64,000 bases of DNA from Octopus vulgaris. Taxonomy: Eukaryota. A program made the position numbers and the translations under genes. The notes below the pieces were generated by a model. The model was given only the letters and a program-made list of their open reading frames with translations. It was not told the DNA's origin and searched no databases. Numbering within the stretch: the stretch's first letter is position 1; each line of letters starts with the position of its first letter. The stretch covers positions 90,148,001 to 90,212,000 of the forward strand of contig OX597818.1 of the NCBI GenBank assembly GCA_951406725.2, written 5' to 3'. Below, piece by piece: positions 13,247 through 25,540 of this stretch.

Positions 13247-13686
13247 AAAGTAGACACCTGCCATAACGTCACCTACTCCTTGGGTAAATTTAAGCGGAGT
13301 TCACTTTATGGTAAGCGCATACTGCAGATATGGACCTAAGGATTTATTCAGGTCGGATATCGATTATATAGATCTAACAAGTTTAGATCGGTATTGAAAG
13401 ATCATGAATACTGACTCTCTACCTCCAACTAATAAAAATCATTTAGAAAATCGATGGGACAGTCATGTTTGAAATACTTTTATTCATAGGTCAGCTAAAT
13501 AGGGGATGATCTACCAGATGATCAGATGAGGACTATCAACGATTTGTCCTCATCTGTCTGACATACTGGTATGCTTTCGGGGTAGAGGTGGATGTTTCGG
13601 GGCAAGAGTATCGAAGTGCTGAGTGCTGGCCAAACCATTATCACTATTTTTCATTTGTTCTCTTGGCAATCTGGTTATGCTTAGAT

Positions 13687-13771
<85 letters not shown>

Positions 13772-14124
13772 ACACAGACACATACACACATACATGAACA
13801 CACAGACACACACAGGAGCACGCACACACACACACACACATGAACACACACACATGAACGCACACATGCACACACAGACGTACACATGCACACACAGACG
13901 CACACACGCACACACAGACGCACACATGCACTCATATACACACTCAAATGGGTACACATATACAACGCTCTCTCACTCACTCACACATACATACCAACAC
14001 ACACACATGAACACACACACATACACACATACCAACACACACACATGAACACACACATGCACACACAGACACATTTACACACACAAATGGACACATATAT
14101 ACAACGCTCTTTCTCTCCCTCTCA

Positions 14125-14168
<44 letters not shown>

Positions 14169-14525
14169 AACAGGTACAAACAAACACGCATATTTCAATT
14201 GCTAAGCTAATTGAAACGTGAACAATAGTAATTTGAATAAACCCTTCGCAGTAAATACATATCGTCATCAGGGTTACCACTACTCTCCGAAAACAAGTAT
14301 GAAGAACAAGGACATAATTTCTTTTTCTTAGAATTATTTATAATAGGAGCGTCACTCGATAGACGAGTGACGCCCCAATATCAGCTTGATATGAATAAGT
14401 CATAAATTTAAGTTCCTGTGTGTATACTGTATGCTGTATACATTTGAGCCAGCGAGGAAGGGTGCACGAGGTCACGTAGCCTGCAAGAAACAGCATTGAA
14501 GTCTCTTTCAAATCGACCTTCTTAA

Positions 14526-15035
14526 CCCTTCGTGGGCCGGCGGGGTTGGAATTACACAAGAGGCCATTGGGGTCTCGAGCCCCCCCCCTTTTATTTCTGC
14601 ACATTTCCGCACTATCCATCAAGGATGGGAATGAAAAGAGGGGAATTAAGATATAATTTATTGACTGGATAAAACCTTTAGTGAAAGAAATCAACATTTT
14701 TTATAGTTTTGTAAACTATATATATGGCACAAAATATAAAATAAAACAGTACAAATACGAAGAAAATTGACTTATATAGTTCATCAGAATATCTGAAAAA
14801 AAAAAGAACAAGAAAAAATAATTTCACAGAAAGCCAATGGTGTCTAGTTGGACCCCAATGAGCATATTTTATGCTATGATATCCATATGACTGGAAATGT
14901 TTAACTTAAGATTTGTATATGCATTCATAAACTATAAAGTCATGAGATATAAAATTACTTAAGTAAAAATTGTAAAAGTTGCATAACTTTTAAAATTTGC
15001 TGGGGTTCCAAAGGATCCCGCCGACCCACGAAGGG
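14526..15035. mobile_element. piggyBac-type MITE
   Basis: TTAA|CCCTTCGTGGGCCGGCGGG ... CCCGCCGACCCACGAAGGG|TTAA. Confidence 0.85.
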
Positions 15036-15514
15036 TTAAAAGAGGAAGGAGGTATTCGGTGACGTAGCTCTGGATACCCTATGATTGTCAAATAAGACGG
15101 TATGGTCATCATCGGAATGCCTTAAATCACAAGTTTCAGGACTGACCTGGCATTAAACAACAACAATTATATATTGTTTGAAAAGGTGATGACTGGATGG
15201 TCGCGGATAAGATGTCTTTGATCATAGATCTGTTCCATTTGAGCTACCTTAGCCGAAACAACAACAATAAGACAGGCTAGTCATTGATGAGGTACCCTTG
15301 ACCGCATGTTCCTTCCTTTAAACTAAATTTAGGCGAAACAACAGCAACAAGAATGTACTGTGTTTGGAAAAGTCGGGACAGATGGTATGCCTTTGATCAT
15401 TGGGCATTTGGGCTAAACTTAGGCGAATGAAACAACGACAATAATCTATAAAATATTTCAGTTAATCAAGGAACTTTTCATTCTTTAACAGTTGAATTTG
15501 TATTCATTTTCCAG

Positions 15515-15577
15515 TTATGAAGATTGAGCTTGAGATGCTGAATGGGACCGAACCTGTGAACATGACCCTTGTAAATG
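15515..15577 (+). CDS. Gene A linker exon with two N-glycosylation sequons
   Basis: ttttccag|TT...AATG|gtagg; 63 bp, phase 1-1, open frame IMKIELEMLNGTEPVNMTLVN. Confidence 0.72.
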
Positions 15578-15962
15578 GTAGGTCTTAAAATATCTTGCTG
15601 CAAGCTCTGCCAAAGATCAGGATTTGTTCTTTCACTTTCATTGCTTACAACTTTTCTTCAATTTCTCTCTGTTTCTTAAATAGTTTCCTTCTCCCAAATT
15701 GACTTATTTATGTGAGCGATTGTTACATCTGTACTCATTGACAGGCACCTACTAACATAGCAAGTGCTGCATAATAGTGGTAAACACGGCGAAGCCAGTA
15801 CGTGGTCTGCACTCGATTTGAGGCAGCATCTGTTTATTATCGTGTCCATCACCAATAAACTGTAGAAACGAATGAACGTTACATAATTCATTTCGTGTAG
15901 TAAATTCACATTATTTTAAATTCTTATATTATATTACGTGTCTATACATTATTCTCTCTCTC

Positions 15963-16087
15963 TCTTTTACTTGTTTCAGTCATTTGACAGTGGCCATGCT
16001 GTCAAATGACACCAGCATCGGTTGTTAAGCGATGTTGGGGGCACAAACACAGACACAAACACATACACACACATACATATATACATA

Positions 16088-16135
<48 letters not shown>

Positions 16136-16312
16136 CATATATATATATACGACTGACTTCTTTCAGTTTCCGTCTACCAAATCCACTCACAAGGCTTTGG
16201 TCGGCTCGAGGCTATACTAGAAGACACTTGTCCAAAGTGCCACACAGTGGGACTGAATCCGGAACCATGTGGTTCATAAGCAAGCTACTTACCACACAGC
16301 CACTCCTACGCC
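15963..16312 (-). mobile_element. SINE family A, internally deleted
   Basis: Reverse-complement match to the family A head and tail. Confidence 0.8.
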
Positions 16313-16340
16313 TTATGGACATTTATGTGTATATCCATGT

Positions 16341-17241
16341 ACTAAGTGGTATTAAAAAGTTCCAGGAATAGTTATGTTTAATAAAAATAATTTATTTACC
16401 TAAGTTTTAATATAATCTCCTTCGAAAAAGTCACCTTGCGCAACAATACACCGGACCCAACATTCCTGCCACTTTTGGAATCCAGCCTGGAAGTCGTTTC
16501 CGTAAGTGAGTCGAGGAGTTTCTGCGATTCGCTCTGGACCTCGACATTGGTATTAAAGCAACGATCTTTGAGTTGCATTTTCATCTTGGGGAAGAGATGG
16601 AAGTCAGCAGGTGCTAAATCTGAGGAATTTGGCGGGTGCGGAGGCGATACCACGCTTTTGGCGAGAAACTCACGAGTGAGGAGAGCTCGGTGATAGGGTG
16701 AATTGTAGTCGTAAAGGATCCAGTATTTTGCGTTCCAGAGATCCGGTTGCTTTGGCCGAATGTCCTCTCTGAAACGCTTCAAAACGCCGCAGTCGAACTC
16801 TCAACTGACGGTCTGGCTGGGAGAGCGAATTCTCGATGCACAATCCCACATTTCCGCACGTGCTAGATCTTCCAGATTTCTCATCGCTTTTCAGGGATGT
16901 TCTTTCGCATTTGAAGCGTCTATGCCACTCAAAACATTGCGTGCAACCCATTGCCTCGTAACCGTAAGCTTGCCGAAGCATGCTCAATGTCTCTATAACA
17001 GACAAGTTTAACGCAAAATTTCACGTTGGCTCTTTGTTCCAACTTTCTGTTCATGACAAAACCGAAGACTACAGCATACACGTGATCCGGAAAATACGAA
17101 GTTGCGAAGTAATCACAGTGACGTCACTCGGCACACTGTGTCATAAAGGTCACTGCTAACTCCCACTGCGCATGCAACCGCGTGCTGCTATCTGTTGGCA
17201 CGCTACTGAACTGGTCCAGGAACCTTTCCATACCGATTCAC
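16341..17241 (-). mobile_element. Degenerate mariner transposon
   Basis: Frameshifted transposase pieces: HTH (QAYG..FEWHRRFK..SGRSS) and HPPNSSDLAPADFHLF (YSPDLAPxD motif); imperfect TIRs. Confidence 0.85.
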
Positions 17242-17347
17242 ATGTTAATGTGCACACACACTCACACATGCAAATGTTTGTTTCTATGTTAAGTTATGTA
17301 TATATATATACATATATATATAACGCAGGAGTAATTCAAATACTTTT

Positions 17348-17426
17348 ACTTCCGACACATGTTTCGAAGATATCACTGATATTATTCCAAAAGAATAAAA
17401 TAATGTAATCTTCTCTTCAGGGAAGT
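17348..17426 (-). ncRNA. Type I hammerhead ribozyme with minimal helix III
   Basis: Minus strand: ACTTCC-CTGAAGA-GAAGAT(long AT-rich insert)ATCTTC-GAAAC-ATGT-GTC-GGAAGT; all core nucleotides, helices I and II and a GUC site are present. Confidence 0.8.
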
Positions 17427-17503
17427 GAAGAAATGAAACGAAACTATTTATCTATTTTTCTATTTTTTCCGTGTTAATTGTTAACAAAGGAAAAATACAC
17501 ACA

Positions 17504-17538
<35 letters not shown>

Positions 17539-17705
17539 ATATATATATATATATAAACTGTAAAACAAACTGGGAGAAAAGAGACGGAACGAAGTGAGAA
17601 TTCGAAAATTCGAAAATTCAAACGAACCCGACGCGAAGCACTGTCAGACAATAGTGTAATAAATAAAATATATGCATACATACAAACATAAATGTACGTA
17701 CCGAC

Positions 17706-17792
<87 letters not shown>

Positions 17793-17805
17793 CATGTTTA
17801 CCCAG

Positions 17806-17985
17806 TGGATGACCTCTGCGTTGACAACTTCACTGGAGAATGTGTCATATGTTTACCTGACAAATACTACGAATATACAGGAGACCCACGTAAGTTTTAC
17901 CAGTGTGTGCACGATAATCTAGTTCTGCGAGAATGTCCAGATGGAACAATCTGGAACAAAGATATATCAACTTGTATCCACGAAG
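17806..17985 (+). CDS. Gene A exon: CBM14-like domain 2
   Basis: cccag|TG...GAAG|gtaag; 180 bp, phase 1-1; VDDLCVDNFTGECVICLPDKYYEYTGDPRKFYQCVHDNLVLRECPDGTIWNKDISTCIHE. Confidence 0.9.
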
Positions 17986-18289
17986 GTAAGCCCATACTTC
18001 CATCTTCTTTCGTAAATTTCATTTCAATATATCAATGTCATCTCTGCTCTTTCTGAAAACAGGTTTTACAGTTGTCAATTGTTGATAACCTAGAAGCATA
18101 CAAACAATAGTGTCACTATTTCGAACCCCTTTCTGATGCCACGTTAAGGCTCACTAAAATTAATAGTATGAAGACGAGTGGTGTGTTCAGTTGAGGAAAT
18201 TTTCGCCACATCAGATATCATACAAAATATAAAAACTACTCAGTTATAGTATTCTTGCATTATTTGCTAGTTCCAGGTTTCTTATTTCT

Positions 18290-18888
18290 TATTTCTTTAT
18301 TGCCCACAAGGGGCTAAACATAGAGGGGACAAACAAGGACAGACAAACGGATTAAGTTGATTAGATCGACCCCAGTGCGTAACTGATACTTAATTTATCG
18401 ACCCCGAAAGGATGAAAGGCAAAGTCGACCTCGGTGGAATTTAAACTCTGAACGTAGCGGCAGACGAAATACTTATTTCTTTACTGCCCACAAGGAGCTA
18501 CACACAGAGAGGACAAACAAGGACAGACAAACGGATTAAGTCGATTATATCAACCCCAGTGCGTAACTGGTACTTAATTTATCGACCCCGAAAGGATGAA
18601 AGGCAAAGTCGACCTCGGCGAAATTTGAACTCAGAACGTAGCGGCAGGCGAAATACCTATTTCTTTACTACCCACAAGGGGCTGAACACAGAGAGGACAA
18701 ACAAGGACAGACAAACGGATTAAGTCGATTATATCGACCCCAGTGTGTAACTGGTACTTAATTTATCGACCCCGAAAGTATGAAAGGCAAAGTCGACCTC
18801 GGCGGAATTTGAACTCAGAACGTAGTGGTAGACAAAATACTGCTAAGCATTTCGCCCGGCGTGCTAACGATTCAGCCAGCTCGCCGCT
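18290..18888 (-). mobile_element. Head-to-tail trimer of SINE family B
   Basis: Three ~183-bp units; only the last carries the full head. Confidence 0.85.
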
Positions 18889-19595
18889 TTTTGTTAGTTC
18901 AGGTTTCTAGCGTGACGATATTACAACACAAAAATTGACGTTTTACCGTAAATTGGTTTCCTCCTCCTTGGTATGATCTTATCTATTCGTAACGCGAATT
19001 AAATTCTGCCACTGACTTTCAAGTTAAATGGAGGTAAATGAACTTCGAAATCAATAGGAAAATATGTTTTACCTAAAGGAACTCTTCCTTACTGCAAGAT
19101 TTTCATGAACGCAAGGATTTCATAACGCTGGAGCTGCTTCTATGTGTATGTATGTATGTATGTATGTATGTATGTATGTATGTATGTATGTATGTATGTA
19201 TGTATGTATGCATGTATATATGTATGCATGTATGTATGTATTTATGTATGTATGTATGCATGTATGTATATATGTATACATGTATGTATGTATGTATGTA
19301 TGTATGTATGTATGTATGTATGTATATATGTATACATGTATGTATGTATGTATGTATGTACGTATGTATCTATGTATGTAATGAGTATGTGTATGTATGT
19401 GTGTACGTATATATGCGTGTGTGGTTCTGCGTGCATCTGTAAATGAGCATGTGTATATGTATATATATCTATATAAAGTATGAATGTATTTTACGTATAT
19501 TATATGCATGGTATATGCCAGATTCTAAACTATACGTCTATACCACTATCTCAAGAAGATTTTTATTTCTCATGTTTGATCTTTCTCTATTTCAG

Positions 19596-19631
19596 TATTA
19601 CCAGCTCCAGCGCAATTTAGGCCAGTATCAC
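19596..19631 (+). CDS. Gene A Pro-rich linker micro-exon
   Basis: ctttctctatttcag|TA...TCAC|gtgagt; 36 bp, phase 1-1; VLPAPAQFRPVS; strong splice sites. Confidence 0.7.
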
Positions 19632-20658
19632 GTGAGTAATATATTTAGTATCACCGAATTATAAATACATAACTTGAGTAGGTAGATTTTCCATCTTATC
19701 ACTAGAATTGTTGTTGTTGTTATCTTCGTTGTGGCTGCTCTTTTCGCCACATTTCAAAGCCTGCTTTGCTTCATACTTGAGTTCCGAACTCTGAAATGAG
19801 TCACAGAAGTGCGTTGTGGCATACGACTTGCCTACAGTATGTAAACCTTACTGTTTAAAAGTTTTCCTTTTTATTTTTCATTTATTGGATCTAAAGGAAG
19901 AAACCGCGCTCATGCCCTTGTACACCGTCTTAACCCAGTGAGATTGATGCCGTTTAATATTGGTCTCAAATTTTGGTGTAAGGCCAGCATTTTCGGGTTA
20001 AGGAATAAATCGATAACATTTACCCCAGTGGTCAATTGGTACTTATATTATCGATCCCGAAATGATGAAAGGTAAAAATGACTCCCACCAGCATTTGAAC
20101 TGGGAGCGTAAAGAAATGTCAGTAAGCGTCTTTCCTGGGTCAGTAACAATTCTGCCTGCTCGCCGCCTTATTGACACCATGATTATTACTGTCGCAATTT
20201 TATAATTCAACACTTGCAGGAGAAACAAAAAAAAAAAAGGAAGAGAATTCGAGAGGGTAGATATTTTGAGAAGGAAGGAATGGGTAGCGTGGAGTTTGGT
20301 TGCAACAAAGATGAAGATAAAAAAGTAGATGAGTGGCTCGGGAATTTCTAAGTAAAGGGGCATTAATCCAGTTACCTCAGAGGAACAGAAGCCATCATAG
20401 CAGTGGGAGAAAAACAAAATAGAGAGAGAAGTCAGCGCACCGGAGGTTCAAGTGTATATGTGACTTTACGCAAATTAGTCGTGTCTTCCTAGCAGTAGTG
20501 TCTGAAAAAGTACTATATCTATATTCTATTGTGGGCCTTATTTAAGCTTTAATAAAGTTTATTCGCAAAAGAACTTAACATTTTATGTGCTGATAGTGTA
20601 AAATAAGGTTAGTCCTAATAAGAATTTTATTAATATAATTTCCCCTCTCTTTAAACAG

Positions 20659-20846
20659 TGACAGAGATGTGTTTCTATCCAAATATGACCAAATGTTATC
20701 AGTGTGAGCCAGGATTCTACGAGGACGACGACAGTTGCCGACGTTTCTACACATGTGCCAACGGAGGCCTGGTCTCTATGTCGTGTCCAGATGGTACCCG
20801 CTGGAACCAGACTCAAACTCGTTGTGACAACGGTGTTATGTGCTGA
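20659..20846 (+). CDS. Gene A terminal coding exon: CBM14-like domain 3 and stop codon
   Basis: ttaaacag|TG, phase 1; LTEMCFYPNMTKCYQCEPGFYEDDDSCRRFYTCANGGLVSMSCPDGTRWNQTQTRCDNGVMC*. Confidence 0.9.
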
Positions 20847-21048
20847 ATGATAAACCAGACTAGTTTACTCTTACGTCCGTCACAGTCGTGTGTTACAACT
20901 GAAGATATTGCGTCACAGTTTTAAAAGATACAGAAAGCAACATAGAAGAGAAACTTTGCAAACATAATATATCATCAGTGACCTTCATTCATAATATATT
21001 ATACCTCGCCTCTTGAAGTATTTACAATATTCATGTATTAAATATTGA

Positions 21049-21110
21049 AATAAACGTTTCTTATGCCACACAACGAGTTGTTGTCGTCTTGTTCTTGTTC
21101 TTGTTCTTCT
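21049..21110 (+). terminator. Probable polyadenylation signal of gene A
   Basis: AATAAA at 21049-21054, about 200 nt after the stop, followed by a GT/T-rich element (gttgttgtcgtcttgttcttg). Confidence 0.6.
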
Positions 21111-21459
21111 TCTTCCAATCAGGACTCACGCAATTAGCCACGAAGAATAGTCACTAATTCGAGCCTACTCTACGCTACTAAGAATGCGTGTGGCAACTTG
21201 GAGATCCACCCACCACACGCGATAGACTGGCGGTTGCACGGACGCGAAAGCTACGTTGTTATCCTCATTCTGTAAACGGTGGCTTTTTAACGAATGAAGA
21301 GCTGAATCATCCTGGGTTACTGAGGATTCGCAATCTACACTAGGGTCTGAAAGTTCACTACACCATAGTGGGTTACACCATGGTTCCTCTGCTTTGTGGC
21401 AGAAGCAGGAAGAAAGAGTGATGGAAAGTTGTGGTGAAAGAGTACAGTGGGGTTGATCC

Positions 21460-21943
21460 TGAACGCATGAAAGGCAAAGTCAATCTCGGCGTGATTTGAA
21501 CTCAGAACGTAGCGGCAGACAAAATACATATTTCTTTACTACCCACAAGGGGCTAAACATTGAGTGGACAAACAAGGACAGACAAGGGGGTTAAGACGAT
21601 TACATCGACCCCAGTGTGTAACTGGTACTTAATTATCGACCCCGATACGATGAAAGGCAAATTCGACCTCGGCGGAATTTGAACTCACAACGTAACGGCA
21701 GACGAAATACCTATTTCTTTACTACCCACAAGGGGCTACACACAGAGGGGACAAACAATTACAGACAAACGGATTAAGTCGATTATATCGACCCCAGTGC
21801 GTAACTGGTACTTATTTAATCGACCCCGAAAGGATGAAAGGCAAAGTCGACCTCGGCGGAATTTGAACTCAGAACGTAGCGGCAGACGAAATACCGTAAA
21901 GCATTTCGCCCGGCGTGCTAACGTTTCTGCCAGCTCGCCGCCT
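21460..21943 (-). mobile_element. Head-to-tail multimer of SINE family B
   Basis: Same unit and junction (GAAATAC.TATTTCTTTACTACCCAC) as 18290-18888. Confidence 0.85.
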
Positions 21944-23542
21944 TCTCTACTATAATAATAATGGAGAATTTTCAATTGAAGCTTTACGTATTCTTTCTTG
22001 TTTTTTTTTTGTTTTTTTTGAAACTGATGAAACTGGTATTGGGTTGTCAAGAAAGTTCTTGCGGAATTTTAAATTTTGGTTTTAAATGAGGTATTTTAAC
22101 AATCGGGAAGTGAGAAAGTCATTTACGTTTCGAGCCTATGCTCTTCAACAGAAACGAACAGAAATAAACAGAGAGAGAAAATAGTGGTAAGCGATCAATC
22201 ATGGTGAATGCCGGACAGAGGTGGTCAGACAGGAGAGCTAGGGGAGATAATAAAGTAGTGGTGATCCCAAAATGAAGGTGCGCGTGCGCATGTAAGTGAG
22301 AGGGTGCATGTGCGTGTGCATAGGGTCTGATGACCTTGATGTGTGTGTGTGTGCGCATGTGTAGGTGTGTTGATGATGGTGTGGGTGCTGGGAAGTGGTC
22401 AGTGTTAGTGTGTACGGGATGGTGGGATGAAGGGTAGTGTGGTGTGGTATGGTGTGTGTGGTGTGGTGTGATGGTGTGTGGTGTGGTGTATGGGGTGTGG
22501 TGGTGTGTGGTGTGGTGGTGTGGTGGTGTGTGGTGTGTTGTGAGGGCGTTAGAGATTGGGGTGCGGGTTGGGGTGAGGGTGGGGTATATAGGATGGGGGT
22601 GGGATGGGATGTATAGGGATGGTGGGTTGGAATGTAAAGGGGTGGGGTAACGATGGAGGGTTTTTATTTGTTTCGGACACTGGACTACGGCAATGCTGGG
22701 AGCACCACATTGATAGCTTTAATCGAACAAATCAACCACAATACTTGTTTTTAAAAGTATGCTTCCTATTCTCTCGCACTCTTATGCCGAATCGCTACGT
22801 TACGGCGACGAAAACAAACCAGTATATGTTGTCAAGCTGTTGGAGGGGACAAACAGAAGCTGCTTCCCGAACAAATGCTACACAAAATTCAACGTGGGGG
22901 CTTCCATATCGGACAGCACTGTAACCTCAAATGACATTGTAACTCCCTTTAAAAATGCAGGACGCATTGGATAATATAGTTAAAGACACACTCAATCTCA
23001 AATAAGGATACCATCTGCCTGCTTCCACCTGTCGATAATTAAGTCTAACCAATTTGAAACATTTTCTCTGTGTATTTGAAAAATCACCATAATATTTCTT
23101 GTCATGGAAAGAGTGGTGCTTGTATACATCTTCTTGCATGCCTGGTATCCAGCAAAAACCTCTTAACACTTGATAATACAGAGGGTGCAAAAGCTCTAAG
23201 AATGATTTTTATATTATGTGTCACTGATACATAATGAAAAGTTAACACACTAATAAGGGAAATCATGTCTACGTGTTTAGGAAATTCGGTCCCCAACCAT
23301 ATGCCTTCGGGTTCAGTCTCATGGTACGGTACTGAGGGTAAGTGTCTCTTACTCTGAACCGGGTTGACCAAAGCCTTGTGGGTGAATTTGGTGAGTGGAA
23401 AGTAAAAGAAACTCATCGATTGTGTTATTCTTTGTCTATACATATATGTATGCATAATGCATGTATGTGTGTTTGCATGCATGTTTGCGCGTATGTATAT
23501 ATATTTATAAATTAGAGATAAAAATCACTATTATGCAACTCA

Positions 23543-23706
<164 letters not shown>

Positions 23707-23713
23707 ATAATAA

Positions 23714-24908
23714 TATGTTACAATTACTCAATAGTCAAGATAAAACTCTGAGTTTCAGATGCCGAAGTGAAAATCCACAACACCATCTCTTCGGTTATCT
23801 GGCAATCTGAAAAACGCTATGAAAAAATACCGTTATATATTAAGGGAAATTACTGTGTTATAATTCTGCTACGTATATAAATTAAGATTAAAAGTTCATA
23901 GTAAACACATAAATATGGCTAGTCATACGCTCACATGTGCGCTCACGGACCCACGTGCGTACTTATACGTCACTATGAAAACGTACACATCTTCACTCGC
24001 ATTTTTCGCCAAATGTATACGCATATATATACAAACTCATACACACACACACGCGTACCGTAAAAGTTCATACATACGTCTATATACGCACAAACACAAG
24101 AAAAACCATGGTTAAAGGTAACAGAAAAAAGCATAAGGAAGTATACAAAGCATAAAAACCACGTTCATATACGGACATGCCCTTATGCACTCATACACAC
24201 ACGCCCATATATGCACATACCCGCACATGTTTATATACGCATACAAACACACGCATATACAAAAAAATGAATATACATATGCCCCCCCCCAAAAAAAAAA
24301 GAAGAAAAAAAGAAAAAGAAAAAATACTTTAAAAAATGGAAAAATACTAAGTAAAAACGTCTATATATATATGCATTCTTTTGCCCGCATACACGCACAC
24401 ATCTAAAACTGCCCACTCATACATATTCACACACGTGTACAAATGAATCTATATACACGTCTATATAGGCACAGGAAAAAATGCAGGATAGAAGAGTACA
24501 GAAAAAATCATTATGTGTGAAAATATAAAAATATATGAAATAATAAAAGGTGTAATGAGATAAAAAACTTTTTAGGACATAATATAGAAAGCAAGTTCTA
24601 TCTGTTTTCTTTAGGGGACCAAAAACGTATCTCTAATTTATATATATTTGTTACTTTTAATCTTAATTTATATAAGTAGCAGAATTATAACACAGTAATT
24701 TCCCTTTATATAACGGTATTTTTTCATAGCGTTTTTCAGATGCCCAGATAACCGAAGAGATGGTGTTGTGAATTTCCACTTCGGCATCTGAAACTCAGAG
24801 TTTTATCTTGACTATTGAATAATTGTAACATGTTATTTTATAGATAAATTTTCTCGATTTACATAATATTGAGGTCTCTTTCTTTCTTTTGTTATCTTAC
24901 CGTTTTTA

Positions 24909-24912
<4 letters not shown>
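23714..24912. mobile_element. Truncated Penelope-like element: 3' UTR plus inverted pseudo-LTR, inside (TA)n
   Basis: Arms 23714-23890 and 24655-24832 are inverted; 24596-24630 is the ORF end RFWSPKENR* shared with the 31-kb element. Confidence 0.82.
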
Positions 24913-24967
<55 letters not shown>

Positions 24968-24968
24968 A

Positions 24969-25019
<51 letters not shown>

Positions 25020-25149
25020 GTATGAATGTTTTACTTTGGCACTTGAAGCTGAATATGTATTTCAAACATTTTTTATGAAAGTGCTCAAGCATACCTATGG
25101 TGTACTGTCCATGATTCAGAAGAGTACAATAGAACGTTTAGTACATAAG

Positions 25150-25540
25150 CTTTATAAACCCTAGCTTGTTCTTACTGGTGATTCTGCGATTTGCAAAGAC
25201 TCTCTTTTCACGTCGCTCAAATGCTTAATTCAAACACTCTTCATATCTAATCACTCATCATATCTAATGTGATGCGTTGGGTAGACCTTGTTGTACGTAT
25301 GGAAAATAATAATATTCTCCGGTAAGGTGTGCACTGGAAGGCGTACTTAACGTAAACCACAAGAAAAGGTACAAAAACTGGATAAAAGGCAACCTGAAAG
25401 AACTGAATATCAATGTAAAGAACTGGGAAACATTAACCTTGGAAAGAACTGAATGGAGGAAGCATATAAAGAAAGGCTGTAAAACTTTTTATGAGGTTCG
25501 CCTTGAACACGAAAGCCTAAAGTGCTAACTTCGGAGAAAC
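25150..25540 (+). mobile_element. Degenerate RTE-type LINE 3' fragment
   Basis: MRWV..VVRME..KRYKN..KGNLKELNINVKNWETLTLERTEWRKHI. Confidence 0.6.

Noticed and set aside
14349-14373. Perfect 10-bp GC-rich hairpin as a Helitron end or terminator
   Set aside because: No CTAG at the expected distance and no other support
18290-18888. CRISPR-like array
   Set aside because: Eukaryotic SINE multimer; no unique spacers and no cas genes
20583-20816. Minus-strand ORF over the last gene A exon
   Set aside because: Antisense shadow of the real exon
22927-23190. 87-aa minus-strand ORF
   Set aside because: No recognisable motif or splice context; possibly a decayed transposon fragment
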